NCBI GenBank assembly: GCA_041658325.1
Contig: JBBAAI010000003.1
Coordinates: 2,201 to 66,200 of the forward strand
Source: Minisyncoccota bacterium
GTDB lineage: Bacteria; Patescibacteriota; Minisyncoccia; Phycocordibacterales; UBA9973
DNA: 64,000 bases
Direction: 5' to 3'
Part shown: piece by piece, positions 55,388-64,000 of the stretch
How positions within the stretch are numbered: the first letter of the stretch is position 1
How the letters are laid out: every line of letters starts with the position of its first letter
Program-made: the position numbers and the translations under genes
Notes under the pieces: model-generated
Databases searched by the model: none
Told to the model about the DNA's origin: nothing
Seen by the model: the letters and a program-made list of their open reading frames with translations, nothing else

Positions 55388-56839
55388 ATGGCGACTAAAT
55401 ATTATCCGACAATTGGACTTGAAATACATGCAGAATTAAAAACACGAACTAAAATGTTTTGTGGATGCAAGAATGATCCAGACGAAGAAAAACCGAATGT
55501 AAATATTTGTCCCGTATGTATGGCACATCCAGGGGCTTTACCTGTGGCAAACAAAAAAGCCATAGAAAATGTGATAAAAGTTGGCTTGGCGATTAATGGG
55601 AAAATTGCAGATTTTTCAGAATTTGATCGAAAAAATTATTTTTATCCAGACATACCAAAAGGCTACCAAATTTCTCAATACAAATATCCAATAGTTTCTG
55701 GCGGGCATTTAGCTGATATGGATGTTACTCGTATACACCTAGAAGAAGATACAGCGAATAATAAACATTTGGCTGGCGACCCCGCCGGAGACGGGGCAGG
55801 TTTCTCCTTAATAGATTTTAATCGTGCCGGAGTGCCGTTAATGGAACTTGTTACTGAACCGCATACTTTTGATAATGCTGAAGAAACAGCGAAAAAAGCT
55901 ACGAAATTTGCCAAGGAATTGCAATTAGTACTTTGGTATTTGGATGTATCTGAAGCGAATATGGAAAAGGGAGAAATGCGAGTAGAGGCAAACATTTCTA
56001 TCTCTCCAGATAAAAATAAATTAGGCACGAAAGTAGAAGTAAAAAATCTAAATTCTTTTAGAGCTGTTGAGCGTGCTATCAAATATGAAGTGGATAGGAT
56101 GACAGAACTTTTAGAGAATGACAAGGGCGCAGAAATTGTGCAAGAAACGCGTGGTTGGGATGAAAACAAACAGCAAACTTTTTCCCAAAGGAAAAAAGAG
56201 GGAAGTGCGGACTATCGATACTTCCCGGATCCAGATTTGCCAAAAATGAAACTGCACGAAGCATTTCCATTAGAGAAAATGAAAAAAGAATTACCAGAAT
56301 TACCAGAAACAAAAAGAGCGAGATATAAAAAAGATTTTGGTATAAAAGATGAAGACATAGAAGTTTATATTAATGATCCAGTCCTTGGAATTTGGTTTGA
56401 GAATGTTGCTAAAATTTTAAACGATAAAGACAAGATAAAAACAGCATCGAATTATGTGACTTCTGATTATTTAGGAATTAAAAAGAATAATCCAGAAGCG
56501 AAACTGCCCATTTCGAATAATTTTTCTGAATTAATTAATTTGGTTGTTGAAAATAAAATTTCTTCTCGCGCGGCAAAAGATATTTTAGCAATGATTGTTA
56601 TTAATGATGAATCACCATTTAAAATTGCCACAGATAAAAACTTACTTCAGAGTAGTGATACAAATGCCCTAAAAGAAGTTGCGCAAAAGATAATTGATAC
56701 TAATCCGAAAGTCGTGGCAGACTACAAGGGTGGTAAAGAACAAGCATTGATGTCCCTAGTCGGGCAGATGATGAAAGAAACAAAAGGAAGCGCTAATCCA
56801 GCAGTTACTAAACAATTATTCATAGACTTGTTAAAATAA
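55388..56839 (+). CDS. gatB: Asp-tRNA(Asn)/Glu-tRNA(Gln) amidotransferase subunit B
   Basis: 483 aa; IGLEIHAELKTRTKMFCGC, C-terminal YqeY-like tail. Confidence 0.9.
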   Translation: MATKYYPTIGLEIHAELKTRTKMFCGCKNDPDEEKPNVNICPVCMAHPGALPVANKKAIENVIKVGLAINGKIADFSEFDRKNYFYPDIPKGYQISQYKYPIVSGGHLADMDVTRIHLEEDTANNKHLAGDPAGDGAGFSLIDFNRAGVPLMELVTEPHTFDNAEETAKKATKFAKELQLVLWYLDVSEANMEKGEMRVEANISISPDKNKLGTKVEVKNLNSFRAVERAIKYEVDRMTELLENDKGAEIVQETRGWDENKQQTFSQRKKEGSADYRYFPDPDLPKMKLHEAFPLEKMKKELPELPETKRARYKKDFGIKDEDIEVYINDPVLGIWFENVAKILNDKDKIKTASNYVTSDYLGIKKNNPEAKLPISNNFSELINLVVENKISSRAAKDILAMIVINDESPFKIATDKNLLQSSDTNALKEVAQKIIDTNPKVVADYKGGKEQALMSLVGQMMKETKGSANPAVTKQLFIDLLK

Positions 56840-56844
56840 TAATC

Positions 56845-57699
56845 ATGAAAACTTTACGTGAATATATAAAAGAAGCAGAGGAAAAACATGTGGCGATTGG
56901 GCATTTTAATATTTCAAACCTAGAAGGATTTCATGGTGTTTTCAAAGCTGCAAAAAAATTAAATGTTCCTGTGATTATAGGTTTATCTGAAGGAGAAGAG
57001 GATTTTATCGGCAGGAGTGAAGCCGTAGGAATGATAAAAGAAATTAGAGAGAAAGAAAATTATCCGATTTTTCTAAACGCAGATCATCATTATAGTCTTG
57101 AACGCGTAATGCTTGCCGTTGATGCCGGTTTCGATTCTGTCATTATTGATGCTGCGAATTTAAGCTTTGAGGAGAATGTAAAAATTACCAAAGAATGTGT
57201 TGATTATGCTAGAAAAATAAATCCCGCAATAATTGTAGAAGCAGAAATAGGATATATAGGTTCTGGTTCAAACATCAAAGAAACTATTCCTGAAGGAGCA
57301 GGGGTAAAAACAAAACCAGAGGAAGCTCAAAAATTCGTAGAAATGACTGGGGTTGATATGCTGGCGCCGTCTGTCGGGAGTATTCACGGATTAATAAAAA
57401 GTGGGAAGCCACACATTGATACAGAACTTGTAGCAGAAATAAAAAAGGCAACCGGAGTACCTTTAGTATTGCACGGTGGTTCAGGTTTACGGGATGAAGA
57501 TTTTACTAATGGAATAAAAGCCGGTATCTCGATTGTGCATATCAGTACTGAAATTAGATTGGCCTACGATGAAGCCCTTAAAAAATCCCTTGCTGATAAT
57601 CCGAAAGAAACTACTCCTTACAAGATTTTACAACCAGCCGTAGATGCGATTGAAAAAATAGCAGAAGCAAGGCTGAAACTTTTTAACACGCTGAATTAA
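56845..57699 (+). CDS. fba: Class II fructose-bisphosphate aldolase
   Basis: 284 aa; VAIGHFNISNLEG, DHH zinc ligands, LVLHGGSG. Confidence 0.85.
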   Translation: MKTLREYIKEAEEKHVAIGHFNISNLEGFHGVFKAAKKLNVPVIIGLSEGEEDFIGRSEAVGMIKEIREKENYPIFLNADHHYSLERVMLAVDAGFDSVIIDAANLSFEENVKITKECVDYARKINPAIIVEAEIGYIGSGSNIKETIPEGAGVKTKPEEAQKFVEMTGVDMLAPSVGSIHGLIKSGKPHIDTELVAEIKKATGVPLVLHGGSGLRDEDFTNGIKAGISIVHISTEIRLAYDEALKKSLADNPKETTPYKILQPAVDAIEKIAEARLKLFNTLN

Positions 57700-57703
57700 A
57701 TCA

Positions 57704-59392
57704 GTGAAAGAAGAAATATTAAAATTTTTAAAGGGGGACGCAGATGATAGCGAAGAAACACTCGTAAAATATTCGCATGATGCGAGCTTGTTGGAAGTGC
57801 GACCCCAAATTGTGCTTTTTCCAAAAGATTCGGAAGACATAAAAAATTTAGTAAAATGGGTATATCAAAATAAAGAAAAATATCCCGATCTTTCTATAAC
57901 TGCCAGATGCGCAGGCACTGATATGTCCGGTGGAGCAATAGGGGAATCTATTATCTTAGATTTTACTCGGTATATGAATAAGTTGATAGGTGGTCCGTTG
58001 CCCCTTAAAACTAGATCTGTTTGGGAAATTGCCGTCGAGCCTGGGATGCTTTATAGAGATTTTGAAAAAATAACTTTAGAAAAAGGGCTGATTTTGCCTT
58101 GTTACACAGCTTCTAAAAGTCTAAATGCTATGGGTGGAATGTATGGTAATAATTCTGCCGGAGAAAGAACTTTAAAATATGGGAAAATGGAAGATTACAT
58201 TTTATCTGCAAAAGTAATCTTTGCAGATGGTATTGAAAGAACAGTAAAATCTTTTCCTTTAAATGAAATTCCAGAAAAAGAAGAAATCTATAAAAAAGTT
58301 TTTGATTTAATTAAACAAAATGAAGAAGAAATAAAACAAGCTAAACCAAATGTGCATAAAAATTCGGCTGGTTACTATCTGTGGAATGTGATACAAAACA
58401 ACCCACGCCAGAGCGGGGCAAGTATTTTTGATTTAAATAAATTGCTTGTTGGTTCGCAAGGAACCCTTGGTATCGTTACCGAAATGACCTTGAAGCTAAT
58501 TCCAGAAAATAAACATTCAAAACTTGTTGCTATTTTTATGAAGGACCTAGAACCACTTGGTCGTCTGGTGGGTGAGATTTTGACTCTTAATCCTGAAACG
58601 CTTGAAACCTATGATGATAAAACGATGAAATTGGCGGTTAAATTTTTCCCAGATTTTCTTAAGAACAAAGGATTTATAGGAATGTTTAAATTTATGTGGA
58701 GTTTTTTACCAGAATTTTTTATGATGATTACTGGCGGTTTCCCAAAGTTAATCATTCTAGCTGAATTTGCCGGAGAGGACGAAAAAACAGTAAACGATAA
58801 GTGCGTTCAATTAGCAGAAAAGATAAAAGATTTTAAATTAAAAGTTCATATTACTAAATCTGAAATAGAGGCGAATAAATATTGGGACATAAGAAGAGAA
58901 AGTTTTGTATTGTTGCGTAAGCATGTAAAAGGAATGCGGACTGCTCCATTTATAGACGATATTATCGTTCGTCCAGAATTTTTACCGAAATTTCTTCCAG
59001 AACTTAGGGCTATTTTAAACAAATACAATTTAGTTTTTACTTTGGCTGGGCATGCGGGAGATGGTAATTTCCATGTTATTCCTTTAATGGATTTTAAGCG
59101 TTCTGATACAGCTACAATAATAATAGAGCTTGGTGAAGCTGTTTATGATTTAGTTGTAAAATATCATGGCTCAATTACAGCAGAACATAACGATGGTTTA
59201 ATTCGTACGCCGTATTTACGTAAAATGTATGGAGATAGAATGATTAAAATTTTTGAAAACATAAAGGAAATTTTTGATCCCAAAAATATTTTTAATCCTG
59301 GCAAAAAAATTGCCACTTTAAATCTAGGAGGAACTAAAGAATACATAGTTTTACATATAGCAGAAGAGCATGAAACGAAGCATCAAGTTTAG
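57704..59392 (+). CDS. FAD-binding oxidoreductase (FAD-linked oxidase, GlcD/D-lactate dehydrogenase-like)
   Basis: 562 aa; PCMH-type FAD-binding segment ITARCAGTDMSGGAIG, C-terminal FAD-oxidase domain. Confidence 0.65.
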   Translation: MKEEILKFLKGDADDSEETLVKYSHDASLLEVRPQIVLFPKDSEDIKNLVKWVYQNKEKYPDLSITARCAGTDMSGGAIGESIILDFTRYMNKLIGGPLPLKTRSVWEIAVEPGMLYRDFEKITLEKGLILPCYTASKSLNAMGGMYGNNSAGERTLKYGKMEDYILSAKVIFADGIERTVKSFPLNEIPEKEEIYKKVFDLIKQNEEEIKQAKPNVHKNSAGYYLWNVIQNNPRQSGASIFDLNKLLVGSQGTLGIVTEMTLKLIPENKHSKLVAIFMKDLEPLGRLVGEILTLNPETLETYDDKTMKLAVKFFPDFLKNKGFIGMFKFMWSFLPEFFMMITGGFPKLIILAEFAGEDEKTVNDKCVQLAEKIKDFKLKVHITKSEIEANKYWDIRRESFVLLRKHVKGMRTAPFIDDIIVRPEFLPKFLPELRAILNKYNLVFTLAGHAGDGNFHVIPLMDFKRSDTATIIIELGEAVYDLVVKYHGSITAEHNDGLIRTPYLRKMYGDRMIKIFENIKEIFDPKNIFNPGKKIATLNLGGTKEYIVLHIAEEHETKHQV

Positions 59393-59428
59393 AGTTGCTT
59401 TTTCGCTATTTTTATATATACTATCTTT

Positions 59429-60109
59429 ATGTTTGCAATTAAAGCTAAAAAAAGAGAAGACGGGCTAAAATTAGAGGTATTAAAAAAATCTGGGGATATC
59501 CCAGCTGTTTTTTACGGAGCAGGGAAAAAGACAACCCCAATTTCAATTTCCAAAATTGATTTTAAGAAAATTTGGAGAGATGCAGGAGAATCTTCAGCTG
59601 TGAAAATAGAAATTGGAGAAGGAGACGTTGATGTCCTTATTCATGAAGTGCAAGTTGACCCAGTAACCAGTGAGCCTATTCACGTTGATTTCTTGGCTAT
59701 AGATATGAAAAAGAAAATACGCGTTCATGTATCACTTGAATTTGAAGGCGTATCGAACGCAGTTAAAAGTGGAATCGGAAATCTTGTTAAGGTGCTTCAT
59801 GAGCTTGAAATTGAAGCCTTGCCAGCTGATTTACCACACAATCTTGTTGTTGATATTTCTAAATTAGAAACGCTAGAGAGTCAAATTTTTGTTTCTGATA
59901 TTAAGCTTCCTAAGGGAGTTGCAGTTATAAATAATCCTTCTGACGTTGTGGCTTCTATTGTTGAACAAGTCGAAGAAAAAGAAGAAGTTGTAGTTCCGGT
60001 TGATTTGTCTGCAATCGAAGTAGAAAAGAAAGGTAAGAAAGAGGAAGAGGGAGAAGCGACAGCTGAAGCTACTGCTCCGACGAAAGAAGACAAAACCGGA
60101 AATAAATAA
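59429..60109 (+). CDS. rplY: 50S ribosomal protein L25 / general stress protein Ctc
   Basis: 226 aa; L25 N-terminal domain (EKRGDGLKLEVLKKSGDIPAVFYG) with acidic C-terminal Ctc extension. Confidence 0.8.
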   Translation: MFAIKAKKREDGLKLEVLKKSGDIPAVFYGAGKKTTPISISKIDFKKIWRDAGESSAVKIEIGEGDVDVLIHEVQVDPVTSEPIHVDFLAIDMKKKIRVHVSLEFEGVSNAVKSGIGNLVKVLHELEIEALPADLPHNLVVDISKLETLESQIFVSDIKLPKGVAVINNPSDVVASIVEQVEEKEEVVVPVDLSAIEVEKKGKKEEEGEATAEATAPTKEDKTGNK

Positions 60110-60125
60110 TTAAAAGTATCGATAG

Positions 60126-60162
60126 AAAATAATTTAAAAAATAAAAGGGCGGAAATTTTCCG
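60126..60162. terminator. Bidirectional rho-independent terminator
   Basis: aaaaaataaaa-GGGCGGaaattttCCGCCC-tttttt. Confidence 0.7.
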
Positions 60163-60186
60163 CCCTTTTTTCGTACGATCTTGAGT

Positions 60187-61104
60187 TTATTTGTTTGTAA
60201 TTTCACCTCCTTGTATTGTGAAGGGAAGTAAACACAAACTGAATGTGGTGTTTATCACATCTTTACTAGAAGTGACGAATATTCCAGACGAAGACGCCAT
60301 ATCAAAATCAAAACTTCCTAAGGCGTAGTTTCCGTCTGGTAAATCAGATTCAAGTGTTACCTTGTAAACATCCTTGTAGACTTCTTCCACCTTAAGGCGT
60401 ATTAGACGCTTGATTAGTTTCTCACGATATTTATATTTAAATATGATTCGATCGTTTTCCTTTTCCAATTTAACAACAGCGAGATTTTGAAGTGGTAAGT
60501 CGGCTAATTGGCGGAACTCTTCATTCTCAATATTAGAGGCAAATCTAGTTTGCGAAATGTAAAATGTAAACGAAGGACGATGTGAGGTTACGACTGGAGG
60601 CTTCACGTTATTGAAATAACACGTTTCTCCGTCACCGACAGAAAAGGGGGTTAACGCAAGAACGGCCAAGTTGGGCGCCTTTTCTTTTCGTGTCAATTTT
60701 CCAGGTTCTAGTTTGGCAAGTTTGCCATCGTCACCCATAATATATACACCCGGATTGTATCCTGCCATTGGATCATTGGGGTCGGTTTGTGTTTCCGGTA
60801 TTTCAGAGATCGCTGGAGAGGCCAGTTTTTGTTGGCTTTTTAGCATCTCTGTAATGATCTCGTTGGAGATACCCGCGCTCTTGAGTGCTTTTAGAGCTTC
60901 GATACTCGTGTCGTATTCACCGATCACGGTTTGAATTTTTGCAATCACGGCTTCATCAGGCAGATCCATGTTGTGCATCTCCACGATTTGTGCATTATCG
61001 AACATTTGGACTTGATCAGTCTCTTGAGACACAGGTTGTTGTGTGAAAGTTGTTACAGTGCAGGTGATGACAAGAACAACGATGAAAAGCTTGCTTTTTA
61101 ACAT
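60187..61104 (-). CDS. Hypothetical secreted protein in GC-richer, SD-bearing island
   Basis: Signal peptide MLKSKLFIVVLVITCTVTTFT; strong SD GAAGGAGGAG 5 nt upstream of ATG, unlike neighbouring native genes. Confidence 0.45.
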   Translation of the reverse strand: MLKSKLFIVVLVITCTVTTFTQQPVSQETDQVQMFDNAQIVEMHNMDLPDEAVIAKIQTVIGEYDTSIEALKALKSAGISNEIITEMLKSQQKLASPAISEIPETQTDPNDPMAGYNPGVYIMGDDGKLAKLEPGKLTRKEKAPNLAVLALTPFSVGDGETCYFNNVKPPVVTSHRPSFTFYISQTRFASNIENEEFRQLADLPLQNLAVVKLEKENDRIIFKYKYREKLIKRLIRLKVEEVYKDVYKVTLESDLPDGNYALGSFDFDMASSSGIFVTSSKDVINTTFSLCLLPFTIQGGEITNK

Positions 61105-61343
61105 GTTCTCCTCCTTCTGCAACCTTTCAGATTGCGGGATTGTTATTGCTTAGATTAATGTGATTTAACAACAAAAAAACGACGTGTGTGCAGAGAAGCT
61201 TGTTTCTAAGCATCATTGAAAGTGCATTATGTCAAGTAACTTTACTAATATTAAAATACCACAACTTAAAATTTTTATCAATAGATATTTTTTATATCCT
61301 AAAGATATTCTTAGCTATTTATTATTATGTTATAATAGAAACG

Positions 61344-62702
61344 ATGGAAAAAAGAATCAAAATTTTCATTTTTTTAAGTTTATTTTTTATTAATATTATT
61401 GTCCTACTAGCACCGAAACCAGTAGTGGCTTTTGATTGTTTGAATTTAACAACCTTATCTTCTCAATCAGATAAAGATTATTGCAGAAATGAGTTGAATA
61501 TTTTATTAAAAGAATTAGCTGATCTTGAAATTAAATCAAAAGAACAGAGTAAACAAACAGGTACCCTGAAAGGTGATGTCGCGGCACTTACTGCTCAGAT
61601 TAATGCTCTTAAGGCCAAAATAAAAGCTCGATCACTCGTTATTGCTCAATTGAAAGTTAATATAGCAGAGAAGGTCAGTACGATTAATTCACTTTCAGAA
61701 AAAATTAATCGTGAACGTGAATCATTGGCTCAACTACTTAGAAATACACGAGAATTTGATAATGAAAATTTAGTAGACTTAGTTCTTTCTAATGATACTA
61801 TTTCAAATTTTTATGCCGATTTAGAATCATATAATTCTATCAAACAAGCGATAAAGGCTTCTGTCGATAGAATCAACGGAGTAAAAACACAAACTGAAAT
61901 GGCAAAACAAGATCTTGAAAAAAAACAAGATGCTGAGACTGATGCAAAAGCAGAATTAGAAAATGCGCAAAAAGCTATTGCTAAATCTGAGGCCGATAAG
62001 AAAGAATTATTAGCTATTTCTAAACAAAAAGAAGCAGCTTATCAAACACTTGCTGCACAAAAAAAAGCTCAAGCAGATAAAATTCGCGCTGCGTTGTTCC
62101 CACTGGCTGGTATTTCTACTAAAATTGATTTTGGTACTGCTCTTGCTTATGCCAATGAGGTAAATATTAAACTGGGGGTTGAGCCAGCATTTTTACTTGC
62201 TATTCTTACCCAAGAAAGTAATCTTGGAGCGAATGTCGGTCAGTGTTATTTGACTAATCCAGATACTGGTGCAGGGGTTGGTAAAAATACAGGAACACCA
62301 TTTGCAAATGTTATGAAGCCCACACGTGACGTCGCACCATTTCTGGAAATAACAAATGCGCTTGGTTTTAATGCATTTCAAACTGCTGTTTCTTGTCCTA
62401 TCGCTGGTGTGGTCGGGTATGGAGGGGCTATGGGTCCGGCACAATTTATTCCTTCAACCTGGAAACTTTTTATTAGTCGTCTTGAAGATATTTTAGGACA
62501 TTATGCGAATCCGTGGGCTCCCCGGGATGCTTTTATGGCTTCGGGTATGTATTTATCTGACCTAGGAGCGGTGGGAACTAGTACTAGCGCACAAAGTAGG
62601 GCTGCCTGTAAATATTATGGTTCGGGTGGGTCAACGTGTTCTTATAGTAGAAGCGTAATGAAATTAAAATCCTCAATACAGGCCAATATAAATTTGCTTT
62701 AA
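61344..62702 (+). CDS. Secreted coiled-coil protein with C-terminal lytic transglycosylase (SLT-like) domain
   Basis: Signal peptide, long coiled coil, C-terminal ...LLAILTQESNLGANVGQ...GAMGPAQFIPSTW resembling the SLT E-S...G-x-M-Q...T motif; TATAAT 7 nt before ATG (leaderless); ORF-track start 61188 trimmed. Confidence 0.55.
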   Translation: MEKRIKIFIFLSLFFINIIVLLAPKPVVAFDCLNLTTLSSQSDKDYCRNELNILLKELADLEIKSKEQSKQTGTLKGDVAALTAQINALKAKIKARSLVIAQLKVNIAEKVSTINSLSEKINRERESLAQLLRNTREFDNENLVDLVLSNDTISNFYADLESYNSIKQAIKASVDRINGVKTQTEMAKQDLEKKQDAETDAKAELENAQKAIAKSEADKKELLAISKQKEAAYQTLAAQKKAQADKIRAALFPLAGISTKIDFGTALAYANEVNIKLGVEPAFLLAILTQESNLGANVGQCYLTNPDTGAGVGKNTGTPFANVMKPTRDVAPFLEITNALGFNAFQTAVSCPIAGVVGYGGAMGPAQFIPSTWKLFISRLEDILGHYANPWAPRDAFMASGMYLSDLGAVGTSTSAQSRAACKYYGSGGSTCSYSRSVMKLKSSIQANINLL

Positions 62703-62731
62703 AATAAAATTCGTGATAATCTTGGTGAGTT

Positions 62732-62950
62732 ATGCAAAAAGATATACATCCAAAATATGATTTAAAAACAAAGGCAATCTGCGCTTGCGGAGCGGTTTTT
62801 GAGGTTGGTTCCACTATGCCCGAAATTAAAATGGAAATTTGTAGCCAGTGTCATCCTTTCTATACTGGTAATGAAAAGATCATGGACACCGCTGGACGCG
62901 TAGAACGTTTCAAGAAAAGAGCGGCTGCATCTGTAAAAGCTAAGAAATAA
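62732..62950 (+). CDS. rpmE: 50S ribosomal protein L31
   Basis: 72 aa; MQKDIHPKY...C-x-C...C-x-x-CHPFYTG zinc-ribbon L31 signature. Confidence 0.85.
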   Translation: MQKDIHPKYDLKTKAICACGAVFEVGSTMPEIKMEICSQCHPFYTGNEKIMDTAGRVERFKKRAAASVKAKK

Positions 62951-63048
62951 GTAAAATTCACCGTAATAATTTTTTGAAACTGCGCCCTCGGAGTCATAAG
63001 GACAGGGGACCCACACGTTTCTTAAAATTTTTACGGGGAATTATCTTT

Positions 63049-64000
63049 ATGAGTTTAGATATAGACGAATTAAAAAAAGATCATCGAACTAGCTATTTTG
63101 CGGGTGTTCTGGAAAAACTTGCGCGTGAAGAGGGAGAAGTACGAGAAATGCTTGCTAGTGACGAAAGCTTGCATGAAATGGCAGCTAAGGAATTGAAATT
63201 TATTCAAGAAGAAAGAGAAAGAATAGAGGGTCAAGTAAAAGATATTTTAGATAAAGATAAAGAAGCAGAAGAATTTCCCAATGAAATAGTTTTAGAAGTA
63301 CGAGCAGGTGCCGGTGGAGACGAAGCATCGCTTTTTGCCTGGGAACTTGCGCACATGTATGAAAAATTTGCAGAAATGAAAGGTTGGCAGTGGAAAGTAA
63401 ATTATGAATCCAAAAGTGATTTAAGTGGTTACAAAGAAGCCAGTTTTGAAATAAAAGGTAAAGATGTTTATAAAAAAATGCGCTATGAAACCGGTGTGCA
63501 TCGGGTGCAAAGGATTCCTGCTACTGAAAAAAATGGACGAGTGCACACCTCTACCGCATCTGTTGCTGTTCTGCCTATTAGAAAAAAAATAACTTTTCAA
63601 ATAAACCCAGCTGATTTTGAAATGGAATATTCTCGCTCAGGTGGAAAAGGAGGTCAAAATGTGAATAAAGTTGAGACGGCGGTAAGAATCATTCACAAAC
63701 CAACGGGTCTTGATGTGCGTTCGACAAATGAAAGAAGTCAGCTTGCGAACCGCGAACAAGCGATGCTGATTTTAACTGCGAAACTGCAACAGCTCGAAGA
63801 AGAAAAAGAAGCAGCCAAACATGCTGGTATTCGCAAAAACCAAATTGGTACTGGTGATCGTTCAGAAAAAATTCGTACCTATAATTTTTCTCAAGATCGT
63901 GTTACTGATCATCGAATAAAAAAATCCTGGCATAATTTGCCGAAAATAATGGAAGGAGAGATCGGAGACATCATTGACAGTATTGATTCTGGTGTGGTGG
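63049..64000 (+). CDS. prfA: Peptide chain release factor 1 (3-prime partial, runs off window)
   Basis: PAT tripeptide motif (QRIPATEK) and GGQ motif (SGGKGGQNVNKVETAVRI). Confidence 0.85.
   Translation, partial: MSLDIDELKKDHRTSYFAGVLEKLAREEGEVREMLASDESLHEMAAKELKFIQEERERIEGQVKDILDKDKEAEEFPNEIVLEVRAGAGGDEASLFAWELAHMYEKFAEMKGWQWKVNYESKSDLSGYKEASFEIKGKDVYKKMRYETGVHRVQRIPATEKNGRVHTSTASVAVLPIRKKITFQINPADFEMEYSRSGGKGGQNVNKVETAVRIIHKPTGLDVRSTNERSQLANREQAMLILTAKLQQLEEEKEAAKHAGIRKNQIGTGDRSEKIRTYNFSQDRVTDHRIKKSWHNLPKIMEGEIGDIIDSIDSGVV

Overview
The window looks like a low-GC, gene-dense bacterial chromosome segment with a reduced, CPR/Patescibacteria-like character. That organism call is inference, based on a valS without the usual C-terminal extension, a Wzy-like membrane protein with TPR repeats, giant surface proteins and near-absence of Shine-Dalgarno sequences. 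Most of the window is housekeeping and largely collinear on the + strand. Identified genes are leuS, murJ, an MsbA-like ABC exporter, lepA, a 2-hydroxyacid dehydrogenase / glycerate kinase / eno / ppsA operon, valS, tsaD, a glutamate dehydrogenase, a family-4 UDG, trxB, ftsZ-ftsA, ybeY-rpsU, greA-lysS, the dcw cluster mraZ-rsmH-ftsL-ftsI-murF, an ECF sigma/anti-sigma pair, rmuC, obg, gatB, fba, rplY, rpmE and prfA. Seven tRNAs are readable: Gly-CCC, Arg-CCT, Phe-GAA, Val-GAC, Glu-TTC, Ser-CGA and Glu-CTC. Three annotated ORF N-termini run into tRNAs and should be trimmed. Native genes mostly have no SD, and several are leaderless with a TATAAT-like -10 box 6-8 nt before the ATG (leuS, trxB, MFS transporter, greA, the 61344 gene). 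Against this background there are several small, visibly GC-richer islands whose genes carry strong GGAGG SDs and canonical promoters and terminators. The most interesting island lies between lysS and mraZ: two minus-strand operons encode four tandem 35-43 aa single-TM peptides, below the ORF-track cutoff, and a paralogous pair of 68/74-aa proteins. Other islands carry a phosphoribosyltransferase, unknown small proteins, and two GC-rich candidate ncRNAs (about 34.25-34.57 kb and 50.33-50.60 kb). A second standout is the 6.4-16.2 kb surface locus. It holds a GWIN-repeat secreted protein, a small TM protein, and a 1848-aa anchored fibre protein. That protein has mosaic GC-rich duplicated cassettes and a C-terminal phage tail-fibre-type intramolecular chaperone (Peptidase S74-like) domain followed by five Cys-loop repeats. 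No CRISPR array, rRNA, transposase or integrase was seen.
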